From Lama glama (taxonomy: Eukaryota): 64,000 nucleotides of DNA. The notes under the pieces are model-generated. The model did not search any database. It was not told where the DNA came from and worked only from the letters and a program-made list of their open reading frames with translations. Made by a program: the position numbers and the translations under genes. The DNA lies in the NCBI GenBank assembly GCA_028534125.1, contig CM052816.1:58592001-58656000 (forward strand), read 5' to 3'. Below are positions 1 to 13,264 of the stretch, in pieces. Position 1 is the stretch's first letter. Every line of letters starts with the position of its first letter.

Positions 1-492
1 AAAAGGACAGAGGACTCTCCAATAAATTTAAATTAAAGCATATTTGTGCTTCAGGAGGCTGAATCATTCAAGCTTTTCCCACCTGTAAAGTTTACTCTCC
101 CTTGAATTTACTTCAGTCACAGATTTGACTGAAGTAGGAATGGTACTAAGGCAAAACAAAACATGCATAAATCCATGGTAATCTTTTGCCATAATTATGA
201 CACAGTATTTTAATTGTGTACAATGATCTAACCTAGCCGAATGTTTCAACTTGTAAAACTAAGGAACAACTATAAAAGAACGGAACAATCTGTTCTCTGC
301 CCATGGGTGGCTGGACACAATCCATGGAGTTCGGAAGTTCATGAACAGCTCAGCCAGTGGAATCAAGCTGAAATTCAAAGTGTACAACTCCAGAGACTGT
401 GTAAGGTGAACCTGCCAATTGTGATAACATTCTCAATCATTCGAGAGACTCATTAAAACCTCCAGAATTGCTTATAACAGTATCTGATAATC

Positions 493-498
493 TTTATT
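493..498 (-). terminator. OCLN: Candidate distal poly(A) signal AATAAA of OCLN
   Basis: tttatt on + strand ~3.6 kb after the stop, compatible with a long-UTR isoform. Confidence 0.45.
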
Positions 499-1442
499 TT
501 GATATATAAACTCTGTACTATCTCTTAAAGTCCTTGCTCATCATCTCTAAAAAAATCACAATGCCAAGCCTAATGCAGTTATCTGCCTAAAATTCAAAAG
601 AATTTACACAGTAAAGCTGCACCCAGCATACACCGAGCATATAGGATTAGGACACTACATGTACTTTTAGAACCCAATTTGCTTTCTAAAAACTTGTTTA
701 AAGTCTCACTGTTTGGCTCTGGGAAATAGGTGTCACTGGCCAGTTATTACTTTCTGACAAAACTACCTTCATCACGACCATGAGACGAGGTACAAATACC
801 TTTCTTACATATAAGCAAACTGAGGTACAGGAAGGCTAAGTAATTTGTCCAAGGTCACACAGCAAGTAATTGCTGGAGGGCAAATCAATGGGACAACATG
901 TGCAGGAAAAGCAAGTGGGTCCTGTGGCAGCAACCAGAATTTTGGGGACCTGGTTCCACATTTTGTTGCTGTCACAAAAAAACATGGTTGTGTGTCCATG
1001 TTATTTTTCTAACTCCCAAGTCACATTATTTTAACACATTTTCTAAATACTGCCCAAGTTACTTCGGCATTTTTGTGATAACTATCACCACTAGAAGAAA
1101 TGTTAACATGAAACACGTGAGGGATGATGTAGTCCTCCATTTAACTTACTCGTCTTTTCACATAAGAAGAGACATGGTATAGTGTAGTAGAACCATGAGC
1201 TGCCAAGAGACTGAATTCTGATTCTCCCAGATGAGCCTTTGAAAATGTCAGGAGGGGCGACACTTCCATCCCAGTGCTGAAGCTGGGAGAATGTCTGCTT
1301 CTACCCCAACTGAAGCTAAGGGCCCTGGAGCCATGATTAAAGTACTCTTCAGCCCTGACCCTTCTTTACACCTGCATACCCATTCAGGCCTTCACAGATA
1401 CTTCATATATTCCATATGAAGCACTTTATGTTAACCAAAAGT

Positions 1443-1631
1443 AGTTAGCCCTTGAACAAGGAGAGGGTTAGTGGCACTGACTCTCCTAGCAGTCAAAAAT
1501 CCACATACAACGTTACAGAGGGCACGCTGCACCTGTGGGTCATGTAGTATTATAGTACAAGTTAAGTGAAAAAAAATCCACATCTAAGTAGACTTATGCA
1601 GTTTAAACCTAAATTTTTCAAGGGCCCACTG
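1443..1631 (+). mobile_element. Tigger2/MER8-like MITE within the long OCLN 3' UTR
   Basis: CCCTTGAACAA ... TTCAAGGG inverted ends. Confidence 0.7.
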
Positions 1632-3467
1632 TACTTAAAATGCGCTAAAAATTATAATAGGATTATTTTGTTAACAACAGACAGAGCAATCCCACTTTGT
1701 CCAACTCATTAATTTATTAACAAAGTCAGCCTAGAATGGGAGTAGAGACACCGATATTGCAACAGACCATTCCAACCCTAGTTTAGTCACTTGCTAATAA
1801 GACAATGGACTAATTAATCTATCAAATCATTAGGTTTCTCATCTGCAAAATGAAAATGAGAAAGTTATGTCAATAGATTGTTGTAGGGATTAAATGAGAT
1901 TTCATGTACGTGTATGCAATGTAACTTTTACTATACTTACAGACTTAAATTTATTTCAAAAAAATACAAAGCATATATGACAAAATATTAACATCTGTTA
2001 TTTCTGGGTGGTGAGTTTACATGTTTATAGTTTTTTGTATTTCTTTAAATTTTCAAAATAAGACAAATTAAAATATTGATCTTTCTTACTTTTAATACAG
2101 AAATACACGTGTAAGGGAATCACTTTATGCGGCGAACCTTCATCAGATCGACCGCATGCTCTCACAACAAAATCTTTGGAATAATGGTTTATAGCAGAAA
2201 GCAGAAAGCAAACATGAGCACAAAAGGTCAGAGATGGGAAGACCTCCCAAATTTAATCTAAACCTTGATTTTCCAGATTAGAAAACTGCCCGAGTGGTTT
2301 TTCAAAGTTATATCCTGCTGCTTAACGCCAATCCTAACAAAAACACCCTGATCCTGGTTTCTGCAGTGGTCTTTAGTGTATCATATTTGAAAAATGATTT
2401 TTAAAAAAATTTCCAAGTCCAATTTTATGGCACAATTTTACAATGAAAACGTGTGCTATTTGATTTTCTACATTCAGGTGAATGGTTTTACTTTTTTTGG
2501 AACACTGGCAAACTTGCCTTCGTAAACTAAGCATGTTGACTTCCAAGAACAAAGAGTTTAAATTTTAACACATATAAAAATCACTTAGGTTGTTCAATAG
2601 AATCCTTACCATTTCCTGTGAATCCGAAAGGCATGAAAAGTATAAACTATTTACTACTTTTGTAGTAAGTATGTACAGCCATAGAAAATTAAGAATTTCT
2701 TCAACCTAAAGAAATGAATCAGTGTTATAATGGAAACCTGATTTAAGCATTTATCTTTGGAAAATGATTCAGACTTGTATATTAAAAATTATATACTTAA
2801 ACGTCTGAATTGCATACTAAAGATTAATTTAAAACTTTTTCTTAAAAATTTTTTCAGAAAAAGAGTTCTAAACTGAGGGGATAATCACAATCAAGTTGGT
2901 TAGCTATATTCCCAGTATTATCAGCTAATTTTACTTGACCAGTAAAAATCTGAATTGAAAAAAATGTGCTCAGATTTAAGGGCACCCTTTGAAATAATTT
3001 GGTGTTTTATGATATTGCATTACATTTCCAGACAAATCAGTCTTCTGTTAGCCAAAGGATTTAGGAAACTACCAACCAGCACAGCACCCAAAATAGTTTA
3101 AAACAATAACAGATACAACTTCTGAATGTAGTTTTCCCCAGCTTAATATTAACAGCACTAATGACGTCAAGAAGGTACATTATGGAAAGAAAACAACAGG
3201 TTTAATAATTATAAAATATGTACAGAACTTGAACATTCCCGTAAGATATAATTCAAGTCACAATTGAATTATAAATGTAATGGGATACTTTGACATAATG
3301 GAAAAGACTAGTTGGTTTAAAAAAAAAGTATGTAAACCATAAAAGATAAAAAGCATTAAAAAATATACAACAAAATTCTAACCCAGTAGGTTTAAACTTT
3401 GATTTTTAAAAAGTAAACATATATTTACAGTCTTCAAATTTCACACATTTGTTACTTTTACATGATC

Positions 3468-3473
3468 TTTATT
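3468..3473 (-). terminator. OCLN: Proximal poly(A) signal AATAAA of OCLN
   Basis: tttatt on + strand, ~640 nt after the stop, followed by T/GT-rich sequence. Confidence 0.65.
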
Positions 3474-4110
3474 ACCAGGATAACGTGAAATAAAAAGCTC
3501 TTAAGCACTTACACACAGAAAAAAAAAAATCACCAAGGAGGCTGGCAGAATGCAGTATCCATAGAAACTAAAATATGAAAAGGCCAAGGACTTTATCCTT
3601 GGAGTCATAAAACAGACTTAACCAAAACTGCAAGCCCGGAAACAAGCAGTTTCACTGCAAAGACTTAATTGCAGGGGCCCAGTTTCCTTATCTGAAAAGA
3701 AATGATTATAAATAACAGTTATCTAAAGGGGGAATTCTGGGAGGATTAAACTATTGAGACCCAATAAGCACACTTAGGTATTAAGACCTGACTGGCTGGG
3801 GTGTGAAAGTTCACAGCACGGTTCACTCTGGGACCTTCCTGAAAGGGTTAAAGACCTCAACATTTTTGTTCTTAATACAAGAACCAATGTTTAAAGTATA
3901 AAAATCCTTATTTGGAGTGTGCAGCCCAGTTGATTACCAAAAGCTATTTATAGAATGCTTTAATACTGATGATATTAAAGCTACCAAAACTCTGTAATGA
4001 TCACAAAGGCTTGGCCTCCTGGGTTAGAGTCCAAAGTCACTTGATTCCTGACAACACAGCATAGATGTCAGTTACATACTTCATCTCTCAAACCATGTGG
4101 CGTCTGCCTT

Positions 4111-4212
4111 CTATGTTTTCTGTCGGTCGTAATCTCCAACCATCTTCTTAATGTGTGACAATTTGCTCTTCAGTTGCTTGCAATAATTTCTCTTACTTTT
4201 GTAATCCGCAGA
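4111..4212 (-). CDS. OCLN: Occludin exon 9, coding part ([33 protein letters not shown])
   Basis: Polypyrimidine tract and TTTTAG| acceptor; TAG stop at 4111-4113; exon lengths sum to 1572 nt = 523 aa + stop. Confidence 0.97.
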   Translation of the reverse strand, partial: SADYKSKRNYCKQLKSKLSHIKKMVGDYDRQKT

Positions 4213-5738
4213 CTAAAAAGAGAAAGAAAACATTGGGTAAGTTTGAAAGTAAAAATGAGTTATGTATTAGCTGCTGGGAAGGCAGAGGTGAACAAAAACA
4301 CAGGGAGTAATAGTCATAGAGAATTGCTGGGAGTGTTGGATGAAATAACATAATAGGCCTCTGGCAGTATCTCTAACTACATGGGCAGCTGATTCTCTTT
4401 GCTCCATCTCACCTCTAACCTGAGTTTTACAAACAATAAACTCAATTTTAATGATGTGTAAAATCACCAAGAAAATTTATTGGCCTTTTTGCTAACACAT
4501 GACCTAAAAAAAAAAAAATCAGTAAAACAAGAAACTGGTGATCTGGGCTGACTCAAGAAAACTGGGTAAATGGGGAATGAGACAGGAAATTTTACTGTAT
4601 ATGCTTTTAAACTCTTGAACTCAAAATCTTGATGTTTTGCAATTAAAAAATTAATATAAAATCTTTTAAAAACAAAAATGTTTTAAGTCAACAAAGACTG
4701 ATGCCCAGTGTTGGCAAGGATATGGAGCAACAGGCATCTACACTGCTTGGTGAAAATGTAAACTGGCACAAACCAGCAATGCTGCTGACAGTCCATACCC
4801 AGCGCTGGATCCCTACTCGCTCAACAGCCCTGCGATTTCACTCTTACGTATATACCTAACAAATATGTGCCCATGTGCACAGACACTTAAGAAATGAACC
4901 ACTGCTTCATGCTAATACATGAATGGATCTCACAAACAGTACTGAGCTAAAGAAATTACACACAAAATACATACTGTATGGTTCTATTTACATAAAGTTC
5001 AAAATAGGCAATACTAATCTATGGTGTTAGAACTTAAGGTGGTGGTCACCCCTGGGATGAGGGTAAAAACCGGACAAGCACACAAGGGGTACTAGGAAAT
5101 GTATTTCTTTAGTGGAGTGTCAGGCACAAAGGGGTTTGGTTGCTTTGTGAAAATTTACCAAGCTGTATACTTCCGATTGGTGCATTTTTCTGTACGTATA
5201 CTTCAACCTAAAAAAAATTTTTTTTTTTACAATAGTGATAAATAGAATTTATTTTGTACAACTGTTACTGACATACACACGGCCACGGGGGACTTCCAAA
5301 ATAGGTGTTGGGGCCAGAGGGCTGGCCTTTGGCATGGCGCCTAAAAAGTGTGGACAGACACACACGAGGATGTGGACTCACAGCAGCTGTGCCCGGCAGC
5401 CCCTTCCATGGAGGGTGGGGGTGGCGCAAAGGTGAGGCCCGTAACTCTAGGCCAACTGAGATCCCTCGGCCTGGAGTGCCCAGGAGCATGGGATGGCAGG
5501 GGTTAAGCTAGGTGCTGAAAAAAAATTTTCTTTTTTAAATCAGGGTTGGTTGTATCTGCAAACAACTGAATTTAAGGTTCCAACTTCTTACAGTTTTCAT
5601 CTTGCAATTATAGGGCCTTTTGTCTCTAATCAGTGCATGTACAACAAGGTATTCCTAGGTATTCATTCTAAAGGTTAAATGAAAAACACATTATAGGAAA
5701 GTTCTCCCTAAAAGCATCTTACAACCCAGGACACTTAC

Positions 5739-5780
5739 TCCCTTCACTTGCTTCAGTCTATTGTATTCATCAGCAGCAGC
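5739..5780 (-). CDS. OCLN: Occludin exon 8 (AAADEYNRLKQVKG)
   Basis: AACAG| acceptor and GGA|GTAAGT donor; 42 nt. Confidence 0.96.
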
Positions 5781-8081
5781 CTGTTAATGAGAAACAAAGG
5801 AATACGTTTAGTGGGCATTTTCTCTTTCAAAAACAACACTCCTGATGTTATATTTTGGAGTTAAAAATGCCAGCTTATGACAAAAACACAGGGGATTAAA
5901 ATAATGAATTCTTAAAAGTTCTCAAAACTATTACAGTCAGCAGAAGGGCCTGAAGGAAGCCAGTTCTGGGAAATTTATGACATTAACATACTTCTCACGT
6001 CCCATTCACACAGGTAGGTACCTATTTGTTCTGCTGCCTCTCATCTCTCCCCACACCAGTCCACATGCCACATGGACCCCAGAGGGGTTTCTCGTAAAGC
6101 ACGGCTCTGATCAGGTTACATCCCATTGTAAAACTGGTCTGAGCGCCCCATCAACTTCTCTGCTAATCTAGTCTCCTACCTTTCCAGTCTCAGTGTCCAT
6201 TATTGGCAATTCCTTAAAAAAATTAAACACATTAATGCCTACAGATTTCCAACATGTTCCCCATATATCTGTATTCATGATCTCCCCTACTATCTGGAGA
6301 ATTTCTGATGGTTACCTTTCAATGAAGCTGCCCCTAAACTCTCCAGACCTCCAGCAGACTTTACTCCTTTTCTGAACAGTTACAGGACTTTCTTTACATA
6401 ATGTAATTATAGCTTTAGTCACATTGTCTAAGTTGCTTAGGTGTCAGTTTCTCTCTGAACAGGAGTTCTTCACGGGCAGAAATGTAATCTGTCGTTCTAA
6501 TCACAGCATTTCCACATCAAGGACACAGTAACAATGAATAAACATTCACTGAATTGAGAAAGGTTTATGATACCATTCAGAAGCCATAAAAGAAAAAAAC
6601 AAATCAATCAAACTATGTGAGAAGCAAATACTTCAAAGCTGAAAAGCAGGTCACCCCAATTAAAAATGGCAAAGGTCTTTCATGAAATGAGTATGAAATT
6701 CAAATAAATATATAATGTGGTTTTTTAAAAAGTTTAAATACTAGTATCTAAAACATGAGGCAATAATTTTTCAGGCACGAAAATGTTAGTGAGATGTGGT
6801 TCAAAGGAGCCCTCTAGAGCATTACTGGTGGGAATACAGCTGATATAATCTTTCTGGAGGGCAGTTTTGCAACAAAAGTTTAAGTGTACATAACCTCTGA
6901 CTCAGCACCTTCTAATTCTGGATTTTGTTCTATCAGCTAAGCAGGTAAGCGTGCAAGGATGGAGACATTCACCAGTGTATTACCAGCAGGGGCAGAGTGT
7001 ATGTGTGGTATAAAGGAGACATACCTAAATGTCTATTCATAGAGGATGACCCTTGAGTAAATTATGGTACAACCACAATATTGCAAATTGTGGAGTTATT
7101 TTTTTAACACATAAAATATTTTCTCAGTGAGTATATCTTTATTATTGATATGAAACAATTACCATAAACTACTGTTGAATAGAAAAGCAGGCTATAAGCA
7201 GTGCCAGGAAGTATTTAAAAAATCCTTCACAAAAATGGGGGTATGTCACAGAAACAAAGGAGGCAACAGAAAGAGTTCCCAACAGTTCAAGCTAAAGCAA
7301 CTGAAGCAACAAAACTTAAGTAGTGTTGGATTATAACCCAAAGTATAAAACAGACATCCATGGGTCTATACTGATATAAATGATTAAATACATGGGAGGA
7401 ACTAACAAGTTTCCCATGCAGATGAATGCCGAATAATCTGTGTAAGGTATACTGCCTTTAAAGAGCTGGTGCATAATTCCCAATTCCCTAAGTGTAATCT
7501 ATGCATAGTGACTTCTTTCCAGAGAGTATAATATAGAAAGGGGGAATACAAAGGAAAAGAGTAACTTTACATGGACCAACACTACCCCAGCCAAAAGATC
7601 AAGAAAAACAACAACAAACCATAAACTACTACTGAGTAGAAAAACAGGAAGGATATAAGTAAAACATATAAGATGATTCTTCATCCAAGATTTTGTGTGC
7701 CTAGGTGCATGTCTGCATGGAGGGGATATTTTAAAAACAATATTTCGATAACAAAACTTAAGGCAATTGATTTTTCTGTATTGTTTGAATTTTTTCTAGA
7801 AAGAATGAATTGTGTTTATAAGTAGAAAAAGTAATGTAGCTATTTTCTTTTAAATAGGAAGGGATTTATTTATGTACATAGACTACTGCTTTGTAATTCT
7901 TAAGTACATACATTAATACACTCTTCAATTTGAAAAGACTGTAAGACGATTTCAATTGCTCAGTGAACTTAGTTTGATAATAACTAGCAAAATTTGTATC
8001 AACATTAGTATAAAGGATACTGTGTCTCCAAAGATTAGAATAAAATTCTAAGTCACATAGAATTATCAGGCTTGAATTTAC

Positions 8082-8253
8082 CATGTACTCTTCACTTTCT
8101 TCTCTATAGTCATCCAGTTCTTTGTCTAGACGGGAGAGTTCTTTATTGACCTCATCAAGCTCTGCTTGTAAGCTCTTGTACTCCTGCAGGCCAGTGTCAA
8201 AATTTCTCTTGTAGAGTTGTCTTTGTTGATCTGAAGTGATAGGTGGATATTCC
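8082..8253 (-). CDS. OCLN: Occludin exon 7 ([26 protein letters not shown]...EESEEYM; OCEL domain)
   Basis: Manual translation; TGTTAG| acceptor and ATG|GTAAAT donor; 172 nt. Confidence 0.97.
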
Positions 8254-9895
8254 CTAACAATTGAGTAAGAAAATGATTACTTATGTATCCCCAGCAGACA
8301 TAAGAGCCAGTGCTTCCTCCTCAGAGATAATAAAGCTGGTAGGATATGCAGAACCACATTCTCTTGGTTTTGTTTTTGTTGTTGCTGCTTACGGGCAGGA
8401 GGTGGGATGGAAATAAGTTCTCTTAAGAATGATTATGCTTTTTCCATCACTGCTCAAGTTAAAAAAAAAAAAACTATGCCCACTGATTTTAGAAATAAGT
8501 TGAAAATCACTTACGAAATTCAAGGGTTGACATAGGAACTCATTTATTTGAATATATACCACCACATGATAATGGATATTTATGTTGAGAGTCTTAAAAC
8601 TGGAATTTTGGAACACAAGGATGATTTCATCACTGCAGTGGCAGAGCAGCAGGCTGACAGCTGGCTGTTTTCTGCTACCACCTATGGTTTTCAGACTGTT
8701 TTGAGCATTTTTGTGGGTAGGGGGCATATCTTGTTTTTCCTAAGTGGAAATTTCTTACTTTAAGTCCTTTGATTATAAAAGACATTAAAAGGTATATGTA
8801 TAACAATGCATGCTAACTGTATAAATAATCTGGCAATGCATTACACTCTGAAAAAAAATTCTATCACTTGTATCTCTCACTATACCAGCTATTCTTTACA
8901 TATGATGGTGATTACTCTATAATCCACTGAGGAAATATGCTTAAATTGCTTCACAGGACTAAGGGACTTCATAGCAATATGGAATTTCAAACGTTAGATC
9001 TAAGTCAGTCTCAATAGCTTCATTTTACAGAGCGGAGAAATTAAATGATTTACTCAAAAGAGAAACAAGAATTCAGGATTCCTAATAGTTTTCATTTAAA
9101 TCTTGCATGATACAAGAGAGGCAAATATTTTCTAGGTACATGGCGGAACTAGGGGGAAGGGGAGAGACGAAGTATGAGACCAGCCAGTGGGGTGGGAACT
9201 TCTACCTATACCTGCCCCACCTACCCCTCCTTCGCCTTGAGAAGCAATGCTCTGACTAACCACCATTCACACTGCAAATGTTTCTGATTTATGCCCCATT
9301 CATCAGAATCCTTAGGCGAAAAAAAGTCTGCAGGTCATACACAAGTACCGTTGGGGATGATGGACTAAAATAAAACCACTGAATGCACAACACTAAATTG
9401 TTAACTCGGTTGTTTACAAAACACTCTGCCAAAGTCCTTGGATTAAACTTTTAAAGAATCTCTGGTCTCATCGTGAAAGCTCACCTTAAAAGTAAACACC
9501 AAAGGAGAGCCATGGCACTGGTCCGGGAATTTTATAATTAGGAAAACAAAATTACTCTATATTTGTGTTTTATTTATTTGAAAGACTATCTTTGAGTGAC
9601 CACTGGTAAAAGTAAGAGCACTGGCGACATTTATTAGCCATTTTGTGAGGGGTGTTGCAAGTGTTTTTAAGACATGTTTTTAAGCCAAAGGGTTTTTAAG
9701 TCAAATACATCCCCTTTCCTGTCCATCTTTATTACAAAAGAAAAAAATATAACAGAAAACTGTCTCCTGTCCTAGTCGGCAAAGAATGAAGTTATATCAC
9801 CCACTGCAGTTTAGAAGGCTACATGCCAAAATCTGGTTGGCCCAGGCCAACCATTGTATGTGCACGTGGTTTTACCAAGAAAGGCAACCCAGTAC

Positions 9896-10111
9896 CTGAT
9901 CCAGTCCTCTTCCAGCTCATCGCAGGACTCGCCACCCGTCGTGTAGTCTGTCTCATAGTGGTCTTGCTCTGATCGCTTAGACTTTCCTGCTCTGCCCTTC
10001 ATGGGAGCCCTTTTGGAAAGTGTCTCCAAGTTACCACTGCTGCTGTAATGAGGCTGCCTGAAGTCATCCACAGGTGAAGTCACTGGAAGCTCCTGAACCA
10101 CTTCAGGTACC
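9896..10111 (-). CDS. OCLN: Occludin exon 6 ([13 protein letters not shown]...[22 protein letters not shown])
   Basis: ORF 9811-10101 contains the YETDYTT phospho-cluster; TATTAG| acceptor and CAG|GTACTG donor; 216 nt. Confidence 0.98.
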
Positions 10112-11121
10112 CTAATAAAACAGCAATCATTTGTCAGTGAGCCCTAGGACTCTTTGCCAGCGGTCTCGGAGGGCAGGGACAGTAAGCACTCACACATCTA
10201 CACGTGGGAGCATTCACTCAAGCAGCTCACATGCCCTCTGCTGAGCAGATCCCGAGCTTCCTGTGCTCAATTCAGCGCCAGCTCAGCTCCTCTAATACAC
10301 ACGGGCAGCTTTAAGGCTCCCATGTAAGAGAAGCTGATTAGTAACCCTTCTAAGTAAAATGGGTGTAAGATTTCACTTTAGGAAACTCATGCTGATCTGA
10401 AAGGTGTTTACCTGACCTATGCCAGGGACTTACTCCACAAAGGCTCTTAGGAAAATAACAATCATGACTCTTTCCTACAGGTTTTTCCAGTTCCATGGAA
10501 TGCTGAGTGGGGAGAGGAAGGCACACACTAATCTACCTGTGCAGGCGGACTCTCAGATATAAGCTGTAGGTAATATTAATTTTAGACTCATATATATCAA
10601 TACTCTTTTCCAGACACAACATTGAAAAACTGAAAATAGTAAAAATTTAAACTAAAAAACTTTATATTATAATAGATTCAAGAGCTCATTGAAACTTTTT
10701 AAATTGCAAGTTAAATAATCCTGAAGCTGTGCAGAATGAATGGTTACCATTACACTTATTTTCCTAATGCAATTATTTAATATTGCATCAGATTTTTAAT
10801 TGCACATAATGTTTCTACCCCAAGCAGGAAAACAAAGCTTAACACAGAATAAAAGACCAAGAGCTGTGGCAACTGTAGACTGCTTCTGAATAACAGAAAT
10901 GCAAAGCTTCACGTTCCCCTGTAGTTGAGCGGGAGAAGGGCAAGAAGAGAAATGGGAGACAAGGTGCCTGAGACTTTCCAACATCAGCCCTGCTATTCAG
11001 ATCAACTATTAGAAAGTCTGAAGTATTTTTTTCTTATTGCTTTCAACTTACAGAAACTGTCATCTTGAGCTTTGTCTATGAGGTAGACTCTGTTTTCTCG
11101 GTGATTCAAAACTGCTTGACT

Positions 11122-11290
11122 GGGAGGGACTGAGCGGAGGTAGTATAGCTCAGTGGTAGAGTGCACGCTTAGCATGCACAAGGTCCTGGGTTCAATCCCT
11201 GTACCTCCATTTAAAAATAGGTAAATAAACAAATAAACCTAATTACCCCCCACAGAAGAAACCCCCCAAATAAGGGGAAAAACCCCCAGA
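11122..11290 (+). mobile_element. tRNA-Ala-derived camelid SINE (Vic-1 type)
   Basis: TAGCTCAGTGGTAGAG A-box, GGTTCAATCC B-box, AAACCTAATTACC tail, AACTGCTT flanking repeat. Confidence 0.85.
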
Positions 11291-11711
11291 ACTGCTTAGT
11301 TCTAACTGTTGTCAAAGTCTGAGATTTTTAAGCATACTTATTCATTTCTTGTAGACTCCTAAAGCTTTGAGGGGGGGGGTGTAGTTGAGGGTGGTGGCGG
11401 TATTTATTTCTTCTTTCTAAATTTATCCAGGGTGGCATGGCTTTGTGTGCTTTGTTAATGCTACTTCTAAAGGGAGGAAAATGTGACTTTCTCCATGGGT
11501 CAATGATTAACGAGTTCCTAGACACTCTGCCAAAAGTGCCAGGTACTCTGCTTCTAGCTGCAAGGTGGCAAACCAAACATTTAGAATTCAGTGGGTTTGT
11601 CTGAGGGGTCAGGGGTCAGAGGCCAGAGGGGGAGGATGTTAAAGGGCAAAAGAAATCAGAAAAACAAACAAACAAACCCAAAAAATAAAACATTAAAGCA
11701 GGCCTCCTGGT

Positions 11712-11820
11712 GGGGAGGGTATGGCTCAGTGGTAGAATACGTGCTTAGCACAAGGTCCCAGTTCAATCCCCAGTACGTCCACTAAAAATAATAAATAAAT
11801 AAACCTAATTTAAAAAAAAA
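11712..11820 (+). mobile_element. Vic-1-type SINE
   Basis: Same head; TSD AAAGCAGGCCT on both sides. Confidence 0.85.
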
Positions 11821-13118
11821 GCAGGCCTTCTCTTATAATTTTATATTAGATATTAACTCTATAAGTCTTTACCTTAGAAATTTTCCATCTGCCCTCTCCC
11901 CACACCCTTTTAAATCCTAAACAGTAACCTGATATAACATGAAAGCTTAAAAACAAAATGCTCGGCAAGAAATATATACATAAATTTCAGAGTTAGGGGA
12001 TGTGGGCACTCTCAGTAATCTTCAAGCCTACTTTTAGACACAAGTCCAATTAGACCAAAAATCTGCACCGCCCAGAAGTAAACCAGCTGTATACTTTCCT
12101 TAGTACCCAACTCCATCTCCTAGGTGCAGAACTTCACCCTTTGGAGCTTTTGACTTCCTTCTTTTATACTCGCTTGTTTTATTCTCACACAAGGCACCCC
12201 CTCACATACCTTTGCTGCTCCTTGCTCGCCCTGGCAGTGTAGTTACTGTGTACTCTCTTCCACCCCTGATAGATTGCAACCTCCATGGGAAGGCAGACTT
12301 TGCATTCTCAGGGGCACTTGGCCTGGTACTGTGACCATGGCAGGGGTTCAAGGTAATTACTGAACTGAAAACACATCCGCAAGAATCCTCTTTCTTAGGA
12401 CACCCAGTATCGGTGAGGAAAGAGAAACACCACACCATTCCTCCCAGTGTCATGACTGTCAGAATGACATCCACTATGTACCTGTTTTAAAGCTGCCACC
12501 ATTACTGAGGGGAATTCCTAAGCCTTGCCAATCAGAGACCTCCATCTTCCTGGACTCAAAAAGGGCCAATCAGAATCTTTCCAATAGATATGATATGTAA
12601 GTCTGGGGAAAGGAAATTGCATTTTCTGAATCCGGGGCTAGAATATCTGGGCAGCCTGGAGAATATGACCAGGCTGCTACAACAGAAGCTGAACTGAGAG
12701 TAAAACCAGTGTAGCAACAAGAGCCCTGGTATCTTTCGAGTCCCTGGTTCATGCTATGCCTGAAGTTAACCCTATCTTTGGGCCTACTGGAAAGATTCTG
12801 ATCAATGAGCCATCTCTCCCTTCTACTAATGAGACCTAGTATTAGAGGCAGAAGGAGAGACTGAGAACCGCACTTAGCTCTGCTATCAGTCAGTAACACC
12901 ATTCCACCCTCACCTAAACCTCAAAATCAGAAACAGGAAAGAGGGCCACGTTCCGCCTCCACTTGCAAGGCAAAGATCAGTCTCCAGCCTTGGAGAAAAC
13001 AGTTGGCTTTTTTCTTTCCCCTAAGGCGAATGACACAAAACAGCAACTGATTTATAAACACGGGCAAATATTCATTCTTTCAGACTCATTCTACCAAAAG
13101 AAGGAAGATGCTACTTAC

Positions 13119-13264
13119 GGTGTTGACTTATGGGAAGACTCTGGATACCACCGCTTCTCATTCACTTTACCGTTGGAAGAGTAGGCCACGGGGCTGTCCA
13201 CTCTCTCCACATAGTCAGAAAGGGGAGGCGGCATGTCTTGTGTGCCAGCAGAAACGTTTTTAAC
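13119..13264 (-). CDS. OCLN: Occludin exon 5 ([25 protein letters not shown]...HKSTP)
   Basis: Manual translation; CTTTAG| acceptor and CC|GTAAGT donor; 146 nt. Confidence 0.97.

Larger units (their letters stand above)
475..4110 (-). other. OCLN: OCLN 3' UTR (short form to ~3450; long form probably to ~475)
   Basis: AT/U-rich sequence after the stop; minus-strand AATAAA at 3468-3473 and 493-498; the distal end is inferred. Confidence 0.65.

Noticed and set aside
11143..11210. tRNA-Ala genes (this and eight similar loci)
   Set aside because: Acceptor stems are degenerate, and the copies have SINE tails and TSDs; they are SINEs
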